In this document: positions 1-9,200 of the stretch, piece after piece | How the letters are laid out: every line of letters begins with the position of its first letter | Numbering within the stretch: the stretch's first letter is position 1 | Assembly: GCA_035556435.1 (NCBI GenBank) | Contig: DATMEY010000032.1 | Location: 48,720-112,719 of the forward strand | Source of the DNA: Ilumatobacter sp. | GTDB taxonomy: Bacteria > Actinomycetota > Acidimicrobiia > Acidimicrobiales > Ilumatobacteraceae | Direction of reading: 5' to 3' | Length of the DNA: 64,000 bases | Translations under genes and position numbers: made by a program | The notes under the pieces: generated by a model | The model's database searches: none | What the model saw: the letters and a program-made list of their open reading frames with translations, nothing else | What the model was told of the DNA's origin: nothing

Positions 1-2065
1 CGACGATCAGATGGTGTTGGCAGCGGGTACTGATCTCGGCCGCGTCGGCGGCGGTGTCAGCGACGACCAGCGACGTGGCGTCGGTCTGCACGTCGGCCCA
101 CCATGCAGCCGCGGCCGCGTCGAACACGGTGTCGGTGGTCGCCGCGTGGATGCGGCCGTGCTGTTCGTAGAGGCCGGTGATCTTGGGTTGGCGGGCGCGG
201 AGTTGCTTGGAGGCGTCGCCCTCCCACTGGTTGGCGAACCGGCGCACCGTGGTCAACTCGACCGCGGCGGGGAGCGCGGCCAGGTCGCGCAACAGTCCTC
301 CGGCTTCGGGTGCGCCCATCTGCGCGAAGTCGCCGAGCAGGGCGACCTTGGTGCGGTAGACACCGGCGACGCGCAGCATCTCGTCGAGCACCAACGTCGG
401 GACCATCGACGCCTCGTCAACGATCACCAGGCCGTCGCGGGGCATATCGATCGCTCCGATCCGCCAGCTCGCGATCGTGAACGCCGGCAGGTCGGTTCCG
501 TCGGTCACGACGCGCGCAGCGGCGGCCGACAACGTGAGCACCGTCACGTCACGGCGTGCGTCGGCGTAGGAGGCGGCGACCGAGCGCAGCATCGTGGTCT
601 TGCCGGCGCCGGCCGGGCCAACGACGGTCGCGACGCGCCCCTGGCCGGCGGCGATCTCGGTGACCGCGTCGAGTTGGTCGTCGCCGAGTTGCGGATCACG
701 GCGCGGGGTGACGGTGAACTCGGCCGGCTCGGTCGTGGCGGCGAGGACGCGGGCTTCGGCGTCGCGGATCACCGTTGACGTGTACTTGGCGACGTTCGGG
801 TCGGCGTACTCGGGGTCGTCGTCGGGTTCGAGCGGTATGCACTGAGCGATGAACCGTTCGGTCTCGACTTCGATCGCTTCCGCGGTCGGGCCGGCGATCA
901 GGCGGGCAACCTCGGCGGTGACGTGGGCGCGGCTCCACCACGCCCGTTGTTCGTTGAGCTCGGCGAACACGGCGGCGGTCAACCCGTCGCTCCCCGCTGG
1001 GAGGCGGCCGCCGTCGCTGACCGGGGCGGCCTGGTCGGTGAGGCCAGCGATCGCTGTGAGGTCGTTAGCGGGGACGGTGGCGCGCCACTGTTCGTGCAGG
1101 TCGACATCGCCGCGGGTCTTGCGGTGGCGGCTGCGGACGGTGGCCTGGTCCATCATCTCGGCGCGTTCGTCGCGTGTCGGTGAGCGGCCGTATTCGGCGC
1201 GCCATTCCTGTTCGAGCCGCTCGTAGGTGGCGAGGACCGCCGCCCGGCGGGTCGAGAACTGAGCGATTAGTCGTTCCGGTGTCCCGGCGATCTCGCGCAT
1301 CGGCACCCGCTTGTCGGGCGTCGCCCAGGCGACGCCGAGGCGCTCAGTCAGCCCGCGTTCGAGGACTGCGCCGTACAGGCCGCCGGCGGCGTGGGCGTGG
1401 CGGTAGAGCGCCCGCGAGTCGAGCGTGCGCCACACGCCGTCGTTGCCGCGGACCCGGTTCAAGATCGCACAGTGGGTGTGGACCTGGGGGTCGCCGACAC
1501 GTTCGCCGGGCGCGGTCGAGCGCGAGGTGCGGTGTCGGAACTTGGCGACGATCAGCCCGTCCCCGGGCACCTTGCGGACGCCGGCGACCCCGGCGCGGGT
1601 GTGCCCGGCATTGTCCTCGATGTACTCCAGCCCCGCCACTACGGCCGCGTCGTGAGCGGCTACGACCGCGGCGCGCACGTCGGGGTCGGCGGTGAGCGCC
1701 CACAGCAGGCTCACGCTCTTGGACGGCGAGAAGGTGACGTCGAACGCGGCGACCGGCTCGGCGAGCGTGCCGTCCGGGCGCGGGCGAGCCGACACCTTGC
1801 GGCCGAGTACCTGCTCCGGTAACCAGCGCCCCGACGGCAACCGTGTCCCGCCCGCGGTGGACGGGACGACGAAGCGGCCATACAGGGCCTCCATGTCGGG
1901 GGCGTCGACGAACCCGGACAGGTTGAGCAGCCCGGCCCCACGCCCGGCCCACTGTCCGGGGGCTTCCCCGCGGCCGGTGTAGTAGTCGTGGCGGGAGGTG
2001 GCGACTTCGCGGGTGAGGTAGTCGTAGCCCGTCCCGGCGGTGATGCGCCCTACCGAGGCGACCAC
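1..2065 (-). CDS. MobF/TrwC-family conjugative relaxase fused to a RecD-like helicase (TraA-like); 3' end runs off the left window edge
   Basis: Absent from the ORF track because no stop lies in the window. Manual reverse translation from GTG at 2065-2063 (GAAGGAG 6 nt upstream) gives VVASVGRITAGTGYDYLTREVATSRHDYYTGRGEAPGQW (relaxase Tyr region). It continues with GDPQVHTHCAILNRV (His motif, ~1440-1500), Walker A VVGPAGAGKTTML (~590-625) and Walker B LVIVDEASM (~405-430), with no in-frame stop. Confidence 0.85.
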   Translation of the reverse strand, partial: MVASVGRITAGTGYDYLTREVATSRHDYYTGRGEAPGQWAGRGAGLLNLSGFVDAPDMEALYGRFVVPSTAGGTRLPSGRWLPEQVLGRKVSARPRPDGTLAEPVAAFDVTFSPSKSVSLLWALTADPDVRAAVVAAHDAAVVAGLEYIEDNAGHTRAGVAGVRKVPGDGLIVAKFRHRTSRSTAPGERVGDPQVHTHCAILNRVRGNDGVWRTLDSRALYRHAHAAGGLYGAVLERGLTERLGVAWATPDKRVPMREIAGTPERLIAQFSTRRAAVLATYERLEQEWRAEYGRSPTRDERAEMMDQATVRSRHRKTRGDVDLHEQWRATVPANDLTAIAGLTDQAAPVSDGGRLPAGSDGLTAAVFAELNEQRAWWSRAHVTAEVARLIAGPTAEAIEVETERFIAQCIPLEPDDDPEYADPNVAKYTSTVIRDAEARVLAATTEPAEFTVTPRRDPQLGDDQLDAVTEIAAGQGRVATVVGPAGAGKTTMLRSVAASYADARRDVTVLTLSAAAARVVTDGTDLPAFTIASWRIGAIDMPRDGLVIVDEASMVPTLVLDEMLRVAGVYRTKVALLGDFAQMGAPEAGGLLRDLAALPAAVELTTVRRFANQWEGDASKQLRARQPKITGLYEQHGRIHAATTDTVFDAAAAAWWADVQTDATSLVVADTAADAAEISTRCQHHLIV

Positions 2066-2339
2066 GGTCCGCTCCTTCGGTGGCGGTTCGCGCGAGCGGT
2101 CACACCGGGACAGGGACGCCGGGCACGGCACCCGGACGCAGGCCGGGCCCGCGGGCGAACGCCCGCCCGCACTTTCAGTGCCAGGGTGTGACCGGAGATC
2201 AGCCCCGACCGCCACGAACCCGGACGCCAGCGGGCACCTGACGGCGCGCGCTGCCAGCGGCAGGCGGTCGGGGCTGACGGCGGGCCACCAGGGGCGCAGC
2301 GGATGCGTCCCGGCACGATGACTGGCAGCCCTAACGGGC
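2066..2339. promoter_or_regulatory. Candidate oriT / relaxase promoter region
   Basis: Non-coding gap directly upstream of the relaxase start and divergent from the 2340 operon. Contains inverted repeat GGTCACACC (2098-2106) / GGTGTGACC (2185-2193) and hairpin GCGGGCG-AA-CGCCCGC (2151-2166). Position next to a MobF relaxase is typical for oriT; the nic site was not identified. Confidence 0.3.
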
Positions 2340-2804
2340 ATGGCGCACACCACGAACAGAACCGGTGCGGAGACGCGAGGCAGCGAGGCACGGCGACGCT
2401 CGGCGACTGAGCAACACGAACGGGCGGTCAACGCGATCAACGCCTTGTTCGACCGGCTCGATGACCTCGCCGCCGCACGGCAACGCCTCAGTGAGTTCGC
2501 GAGCCGCGCCGCTGACGGTGATCCGCTGCGCGACGCCGACGGGTTGCTGCAAGTGGCCGCCCAGCTCGCTGGCGCGGTTGACGGGGTGCGCGCCGCGGCG
2601 TTGGCGGCCGCCGAGCATCGTTCACGCAACGAGCTGGCGGCCGACGTCGGCACCCGCGCGGCATCGTTGTTCCCGCGTTCGGCTGGCCCCACTCGACCCA
2701 GCAACGAGACGCTCTCGGCCGCGGCGACGACGCAGCGGCCGACCGGCCAACCGTCGATCGGCTCCGTCGAGGGCGGCGAACCGGTCGCGAGGGCCGAGCG
2801 ATGA
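2340..2804 (+). CDS. Hypothetical protein (mobile-element cargo)
   Basis: 154-aa ORF from the track. Its stop overlaps the next start (ATGA at 2801-2804), indicating translational coupling. No motif recognised. Confidence 0.5.
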   Translation: MAHTTNRTGAETRGSEARRRSATEQHERAVNAINALFDRLDDLAAARQRLSEFASRAADGDPLRDADGLLQVAAQLAGAVDGVRAAALAAAEHRSRNELAADVGTRAASLFPRSAGPTRPSNETLSAAATTQRPTGQPSIGSVEGGEPVARAER

Positions 2805-3244
2805 ACCGGAGCGGTCAGGCGGGCGGCGTGTGGGCGCTGGACGAGCTCGACCGGGTGATGCGCGGGGACGCGATCGCGTCGCGGTCGGGGTGTCGACCGG
2901 GTGGTGAGTGGGATGCGCTGCGGGCGCTGCCTGTTCGGGTGCGGCGCCGGTTGCTCGGCGCGGGCTACTTGCGTCCGGGCGGGCTCGAGCCGGACGTGGC
3001 GGCCGATCTGATCGCGTCGCAGGTGCCGGGCGTGGGCTCGGTCGACGCAGCGATCGAGTGGTACGTCCGAACGTGTCTCGCCGCGATTGCCGAGGCGCGC
3101 ACTGACGCTGGTCGACGGCGACGGGCACAGCTCGCCCGCCGCGGCGGGCACTCGACCTACTACGCGTATCGCAGCGAGTGGGCCCGCGACCGGGGTCACC
3201 AGTCGGTGTGGCACATGCGCCGCGACCGCGGGTGGGCGGCATGA
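2801..3244 (+). CDS. Hypothetical protein (mobile-element cargo)
   Basis: 147-aa ORF with ATGA overlaps to both the upstream gene (2801) and the downstream methyltransferase gene (3241). No motif recognised. Confidence 0.5.
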   Translation: MNRSGQAGGVWALDELDRVMRGDAIASRSGCRPGGEWDALRALPVRVRRRLLGAGYLRPGGLEPDVAADLIASQVPGVGSVDAAIEWYVRTCLAAIAEARTDAGRRRRAQLARRGGHSTYYAYRSEWARDRGHQSVWHMRRDRGWAA

Positions 3245-4497
3245 CCGCCGATACTGCAACCGGCCATGCGGGCGTATCGGTGATCCGTCCACGGACCCCG
3301 GTCGCAGCGCTCGACCGGGCCGACGTTCGCGACGACAGTGTGTTCGAGGTCGTCGACGTTGCTCGGCTGGTCGGCATGTCGGCGGCGTTCGTCCGCATGG
3401 TCGTCGGCCCCGTCGGCGCGTTGTCCGAGCGCGACGTGTTGGGTCTTCTCGATCAGGACGCGTTCGGTGAGACCTACGTCCCGCGTAGCCGGATCATCGC
3501 CCACCTACGAACCCTCGCCGGTCGAGTTGCACGGCCGGCCGGAGCAACCGTGGTGATGGGTGGCGAGTGGGAGTTGCGGTGCGGGCACGCCCTCGACCTG
3601 CTCGACGGCGTGGCGAACGGTTCGGTGAACTGTGTGGTGACGTCGACGCCGTACTGGGGGATGCGCGTCTACCGCGACACCCACCTGGTCGAGTGGGCCG
3701 ACGGCGAGGCGTGCGCGTACGGGCATGAACAGACACCGGAAGGGTTCGCGCGCCACACGGTCGAGGTGCTCGCCGCGCTGGACCGTGTGCTGGCCGATGG
3801 TGGGTCGGTGTGGTGGAACGTGATGGTCACGTTCAACACGCGCACCCAGGTCCGGTCGAGTGCGGTCGAGACGCTGCGGGCCATGCAGGGCCGTGACCGG
3901 CGGCGCTGGTCCGAGCACGCGTCGCGCCGCTACTCGGCCGGGCACTCCTACATCGTCGACGGCGAGCAGTGCCTCATCCCGCACGAGATCGCCAAGCGTG
4001 CGAGCCGCATTGGACTGCACGTCCGGTCGGTCATCACCTGGGCCAAGCCTGCCTGCTTACGGGAGCCTCACGGCTCACGGGTCAGCCGCAACGTCGAGTA
4101 CGTGCTCCACCTGTCCAAGCGGCGCGCGCCCAAGTTCTCGCGGGCGGCGTACAACGACACGCCAGCGGAGTGGGGCGGGCGGACTCCTCGCGAGCCACAG
4201 GCGTTGTGTGACGTGTGGTCGCTGAGCAGCTCGAGCGGGGGCGGCGGGCACGGGGCGCAGTTCCCGGTGGCGTTGCCGGGCCGGTGCATCGCGTTGTCGA
4301 CCACGCCGGGCGACGTGGTACTCGACCCGTTCGTCGGGTCGGGCACGAGCGGTATCGCCGCGCTCTACCACCGATGCCGGTTCGTCGGGCTCGACACATC
4401 ACCGGCCTACCTGGCGATCGCCGAAAGACGGCTGCGCGCGACTCAGACCATTGCGGGCCGGGGCGATCTCGACCCGCAACGGCCGATGTCGGTCTGA
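3241..4497 (+). CDS. Orphan beta-class N6-adenine/N4-cytosine DNA methyltransferase (N6_N4_Mtase family)
   Basis: Catalytic motif VVTSTPYWGM (S/D-P-P-Y type) lies N-terminal to the AdoMet motif VLDPFVGSGTSGIAA, the beta-class order. Start moved to the internal ATG at 3241, which overlaps the upstream stop (ATGA). No restriction endonuclease gene is adjacent. Confidence 0.8.
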   Translation: MTADTATGHAGVSVIRPRTPVAALDRADVRDDSVFEVVDVARLVGMSAAFVRMVVGPVGALSERDVLGLLDQDAFGETYVPRSRIIAHLRTLAGRVARPAGATVVMGGEWELRCGHALDLLDGVANGSVNCVVTSTPYWGMRVYRDTHLVEWADGEACAYGHEQTPEGFARHTVEVLAALDRVLADGGSVWWNVMVTFNTRTQVRSSAVETLRAMQGRDRRRWSEHASRRYSAGHSYIVDGEQCLIPHEIAKRASRIGLHVRSVITWAKPACLREPHGSRVSRNVEYVLHLSKRRAPKFSRAAYNDTPAEWGGRTPREPQALCDVWSLSSSSGGGGHGAQFPVALPGRCIALSTTPGDVVLDPFVGSGTSGIAALYHRCRFVGLDTSPAYLAIAERRLRATQTIAGRGDLDPQRPMSV

Positions 4498-4595
4498 CTG
4501 GCTCCTTGGAGGCGGGACGGCCTCGACGGTGGGTTGGTACCGACTTCCCCGATATGTGGCCGGGGCCGTCCCGCGAGATCAGCGGCGTGGATGTG

Positions 4596-5069
4596 TCACG
4601 CCGGGAGGTGTTCGCTGGGAGCGGTGCTTCCGGCGAGGCCGCTGAGGCGGGCGTAGCGGGCGGCGACTTCGGGGTGCAGGCGCTGGGTCTGGTTGATCGA
4701 CAGCGGCGACGAGCGGAACACGTGGTACTCGGCGGGGCTGGTCTCGTCGGCAGGGGCGGTTTCTTGGAGCCATCCGAAGGCTTCGAGTCGCACGAGTGCG
4801 TTGCGTGTCCACCGCACGGCGAGGCCGAGTTGACCGGCGACGTCGGCGATGTGCCACGTGCGGCCGGGTTGTGCGGTGATGAGCCGCAGCACGACCACGC
4901 TCGCTGGGCCGAGCACGGGCGTGAGGATCGTGAGCCCGTCGTGCGTTCCGATGTCGATCGCGATGCCAGCGGGGAAACGGCGGGTGCGGGGTTGTTCGTC
5001 AACCGTGACGGTGAAGACGGTGGCGACGTCGAGGTCGTCGGGGCGCTGTTGGGTTGGCTTCCTTCTCAT
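4596..5069 (-). CDS. Winged-helix DNA-binding protein, probable element repressor
   Basis: Internal ATG at 5069 of track ORF 4596..5513 (MRRKPTQQRPDD...). The segment VVVLRLITAQPGRTWHIADVAGQLGLAVRWTRNALVRLEAFGWLQE looks like a MarR/wHTH fold. The part of the ORF upstream of 5069 crosses the promoter/palindrome and is Arg/Pro-rich. Confidence 0.55.
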   Translation of the reverse strand: MRRKPTQQRPDDLDVATVFTVTVDEQPRTRRFPAGIAIDIGTHDGLTILTPVLGPASVVVLRLITAQPGRTWHIADVAGQLGLAVRWTRNALVRLEAFGWLQETAPADETSPAEYHVFRSSPLSINQTQRLHPEVAARYARLSGLAGSTAPSEHLPA

Positions 5070-5129
5070 ACCCCGACGATACGCATATTTGTCTTGACTG
5101 TCAAGACGATTATGCGGTACGCTGTGGGT
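5070..5129. promoter_or_regulatory. Back-to-back divergent promoters sharing a perfect 8-1-8 palindromic operator
   Basis: Palindrome GTCTTGAC-T-GTCAAGAC at 5091-5107. Plus strand: TTGACT, 18 nt, TACGCT, 6 nt, ATG(5130). Minus strand: TTGACA, 17 nt, TATCGT, 6 nt, ATG(5069). Both -35 hexamers lie inside the palindrome and both mRNAs would be leaderless or nearly so. Confidence 0.6.
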
Positions 5130-5834
5130 ATGAGCGATCAGAGGTTGTGGAGCGAGACTCGTGCCGATCGGGCGCAGCTCGCCAAGTGCATGATCTGCGA
5201 TGCCGCCGCTGATGTCGAGTGCAACGAGCGCGTGCTTCATGTGGGTAGGCGTTGGGAGATCGGGATCACTTGGCCGGGTCGTCGCCTCGGGGACCGCGAT
5301 CCGGTGCTGACAGGTCGGGAGTGCCAGGCGACGGTCGAGGACCGCCACTCTCACGGCGAGCGCGGGGGCTTTCTGTCGTACCGGGGCGCGTGCGTCGGAT
5401 GCGGGTGGGCCGCGGAGCACGTCCACGACGATTCCAACGAGGCGCTTGCCGACGCTCTCGACCACGCCCTGCCGGGGTGGCGGCAGGTGCCCGTCGTGGA
5501 GCGAGTCGGCCACGACTCGTCGGACAAGCAGCGGGTCGCCTGGCTCGACCGTGTGGGCAAGCTGTACGCGGCGCAGGGGCTCGATGACCGTCTCGCACCC
5601 GGCAACGGCGGCGTGATCCGCACATGCGCGCCGAGTTCCAGACGCGCTCTCACCACAACGGCCGGTACTACGACGTCTGCGCCGGAACCATCGCCAGCGT
5701 CGCGCAGGTGGCGACCGTTGCTCCCGAGCAGATCAGCTTGTTCTGATGCCACCCGCGGCCGTCTTTCCTACCGGCACCCGTGCGCGGCGCGCGAGGATGA
5801 CCAGCACGATGACGCCCGGAATCGAGGATCGTGA
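5130..5834 (+). CDS. Hypothetical Cys-containing protein; 3' end uncertain
   Basis: ATG at 5130 directly after the promoter, in frame with track ORF 4215..5834 (MSDQRLWSETRADRAQLAKCMICDAAADVEC...GACVGCGW...). The last ~60 codons are Ser/Arg/Thr-rich and overlap the next gene, so the true stop or a frameshift is unresolved. Confidence 0.4.
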   Translation: MSDQRLWSETRADRAQLAKCMICDAAADVECNERVLHVGRRWEIGITWPGRRLGDRDPVLTGRECQATVEDRHSHGERGGFLSYRGACVGCGWAAEHVHDDSNEALADALDHALPGWRQVPVVERVGHDSSDKQRVAWLDRVGKLYAAQGLDDRLAPGNGGVIRTCAPSSRRALTTTAGTTTSAPEPSPASRRWRPLLPSRSACSDATRGRLSYRHPCAAREDDQHDDARNRGS

Positions 5835-6240
5835 CTGGTGTGAGGCAAGGCTCGCGGCCGGTGACACGGTGGCCGCGCTCGGCACCGCGGCCGGTGTCAG
5901 CCGCCAGACCGCGAACGCGTGGCTGAAGCGCCACGGCCTCCAAGCCAGCCGCGGGCAGCGCCCACGGCCTGCGCCCGAGCAGATGGCGTCGGACTACGAA
6001 CGCACGCGCTCGATGCGCCGACTCGCGGACGAGTACGGCATCTCGCCCGCCGTCATGCGGACCTGGCTGTTCGAGGCTGGGATCGAGCCGCTCGGCACCG
6101 CCGGGCGACCCCGTGTCGCCACGATCGACCCGGAGCTGGTGGTCAAGCGCCGACAGCGCGGTGACACCTGGGCGGCGATCGCCGCCGATCTCGGCGTGTC
6201 GGTCGACACGCTGCGCCGCCGCGTCGCCGACCCGAGCTGA
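5797..6240 (+). CDS. Multi-HTH DNA-binding protein
   Basis: Three helix-turn-helix-like repeats: DTVAALGTAAGVSRQTANAWLKRHGL, RSMRRLADEYGISPAVMRTWLFEAGI and DTWAAIAADLGVSVDTLRRRVA. Start set at the internal ATG (MTSTMTPGIEDRDW); 5746 and 5809 are alternatives. Confidence 0.55.
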   Translation: MTSTMTPGIEDRDWCEARLAAGDTVAALGTAAGVSRQTANAWLKRHGLQASRGQRPRPAPEQMASDYERTRSMRRLADEYGISPAVMRTWLFEAGIEPLGTAGRPRVATIDPELVVKRRQRGDTWAAIAADLGVSVDTLRRRVADPS

Positions 6241-6280
6241 CCTCGCGCTCGTTGAGTCGCGTTCGTTGCGACTCGTGCGT

Positions 6281-9200
6281 TCATCGTTCGGGGCCGGGCC
6301 GGCGCGCGAGGTCCGATCGCGGCGAGGTCATCGTGGAGCGTTCCCCGCGGAGTCGGTCGAGTTCGCGAGTCGCGTGGCGGTGTTGGGTCTGGAGCCAGAC
6401 GGCGAGACCGGCGACATCGACACCACCGGTCGTCGTCGTGAACGTCGGATACGGGCCGAGGCGGGTGTAGGGGTGGTGTGGCTCGATTCGCATGGTGGTG
6501 TCGTCGATGCGGGCGCGAAGGCTGACACCGTGGAACTGGCCGATGTCGTGGCGTCGGTCGGGGTGCCACACGGCGGGGTCGAGGCTGAACGCATTGACGG
6601 CTTCGGCCCACGCCTCGTGTCCCTTGGCGCGGTTTCCCCAGTGGATGGTCGCGTGGTGGTCGTAACGCTGATAGGCGCCCGCCCAGGCGTGTCGTTCGGC
6701 GGTGGTGACGTGGCGGTGCCCGAACACCGGGTGCGCGGGTCCGGTCGGCTCCGGTGCTGGCGTGGGGTCGTCGCCAGGGTCGGCTCCGGTCGACACCGGC
6801 TGGTCGTCGCTGGGCGGTGCGGGCATGAGCGCGGTTCGGAGTTCGTCGCGGCGTCGACGGCAGTCGGCCAGCTCATCGGCCCGAGCGAACGCGGCAGGCA
6901 CGGGCCGGGCGCGTTCGGCCGCGATCTGGCGGTGGGCGCTGTCGATGTTGCGGACGCGGTTGGAGCGGTGCTGGCCGAGGTCGGCGAGCGTGTTGAGCAC
7001 GCTGCGTCCGAGTCCTCGGCCGCCGTCAGCGGGGTTGAGGCGGTCGTTCTCGATGCGTTGCATGATCCGAGTGCCTGGGATCTCGAGGCGGAGGCCATCG
7101 GCGCGGTGCGCGTCGAACGGGACACCAGCGAGCGTGATCGTGGCCGATTGGTTCCAACGCAGGGCGAGAAGTTGACGACCAACGTTCTGCGGGTCGGCGG
7201 GTTCGGGGCGAAGCTGGTCGATCGCGGCGATCTCGTTGCCGAGCTGTGCGATGACGCGCTCGGCGTGTTGGACCTGGTTGGTCTGAGCGGAGCGTGAAGC
7301 GTGGTGAGCGCGTTCGGCCCGTTCGAGGCGAGTGACCGCCGCTGTCAGCGCGGCGAGTTCGATGTGGCGTTGGTCGCCGGTCGCGATCGCCGCGATGGTG
7401 GCGTATTCCTCGGCCGGTGAGGCGACCGACTCGTCGCGCAGGTCGCGGGTCATCTGTTCGGGGTCGGACATGGCCTGGGCGATGAAGTGGGCCTTGCGGC
7501 GCAGGATTTGCCACGAGTTCGCGTCGGCGGTGCGTTCGGTCACGTACCGGTGCACCTCGATCGTGTCGTGCGTGTTGCCTTGACGCAGCAGGCGGCCCTC
7601 GGCCTGTTCCAACCAGTCGGGACGGTAAGGGGCGGTCAGCTCGTGGGCCGCGTAGAGCCGGGTCTGGATGTTCACGCCAACACCCATCTGCGCCGTGCTG
7701 CCGATCAGCACGCGGGTGTGCCCGGAACGCACCGCATCCCACAGCGGTTGGCGACGGTTCGGGTCGGCGATGTCGTGAACCCAGCCGATATCGCCACGCC
7801 CCACGCCACGCTCGACCAGCAGATCGGTGAGCGTCGAGTACACGGACGAGCCACCATCCGCGCGGGGAACGCCGGCGTCGCAGAACACGACCTGGGCCGC
7901 GCCAGCGCGTTCGGAGTCCGGGTACGTCCAGCCGGTGCTGCGGTGGTGGATCGCGGCGATCTGATCGGCGGCGGCGATCAGCTTGTGGTTCGGCTCGTCC
8001 CAGTCGAACCCCGTGTACTGGTGACCGGCGGTGGCCCACTTCTGGCACGTCTCGGCCGAGATCGTGGCGGGGTGTAGGGCGGCGGCGCGCGCCGTCGACA
8101 GAATCGCGATCACCGGGTCGCTGCCCTCGTCGGGTCGCTGTATGTGGCGACCCTCGGCGCGCTCAGCGCACCAGGCGGCGACCGCCATCTGTTGGAAGGT
8201 CGGTTCGGCAACATGCACCTGCGCCTTGCCGCCGTGCAGCTCAGGGAGTTGCAAGCCGAGCTCGCTGGTCAGGCGCACGTCAGCGAAGCTGCGGAACATG
8301 CGGGCCAGGTCGGGAAAGTTCTTGTACTCGCCCAGGCGGGTGACGACTCTGAGCTTGCCGTCCGCGCCGTGTTCGACCGACTCGACCGGAGCCAGGAAGT
8401 TCGCCGCCATCGCGTCGAAGTGCTCGAGGCCCGCCTCTGCGAGTGCGTGCGGGGCGACCAGGCGGGCGGCGACCCACATCTCGGCCGGGCTGTTGGTGAT
8501 CGGCGTGGCGGTCGCCATCACGACCGCTCCCGCCCCGCGCTGGGAACGTACATAGTCGGCCCGCGCCAGGATCGCCTCGGCCCGCTGCGAACCCTCCGGT
8601 AGCGGCAGGCCCTGGCGAGCGGTGTTGAGCCGGATGTTCTTCGCCAGGTGGGCTTCGTCGACGACCAGCATCCCGACGTTCATCCGGTCGAAGTACGTAG
8701 CGGCCGAGTCCTCGACCGCTTCCTTCAGCGCCTCCAGGCGTGCCTGTTCCTTCTCGATCTGCTTGGCCCACCGCTTCGAGGCCGCCCGCGACAACGTCGC
8801 GTCGGGATCGACCGAGTTGAAGTCGGCAAGCCGGCGTTCCAACGTGGCCGCCTCGACCTCGGGCGACAGAGGGATCGTCTTGAGATGGTTGTGCGAACAG
8901 ATCGCCGCGTCGAAGTCACCCGTCGCGAGCCGGGCGGCGAACTCGCGAACGGCGTCCTTCTGCGTCGACCCGTGCGGCGTCAACACCCGCGCCGCCGGAT
9001 ACAAGCGGAGGTAGTCGCGGGCGAACTGTTCGACCATGTTGCCCGGCACCGCGAACAGCGCGGTCCCGTCGATCCGCCCGGTGCGGCGGGTCTCCTGTGC
9101 GGCGATAATCATCGCCGCGGTCTTGCCCGCCCCGACACCGTGGGCCATCAACACGCCCCGGTCGGCCGACGCGAGGATGCGCCACACCACGTCTTTCTGA

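Noticed and set aside
11-1952. Plus- and minus-strand track ORFs over the first 2 kb (for example 11..778, 1174..1695, 1344..1952)
   Set aside because: All are out-of-frame or antisense shadows of the relaxase-helicase gene, which the track omitted because it has no stop in the window.
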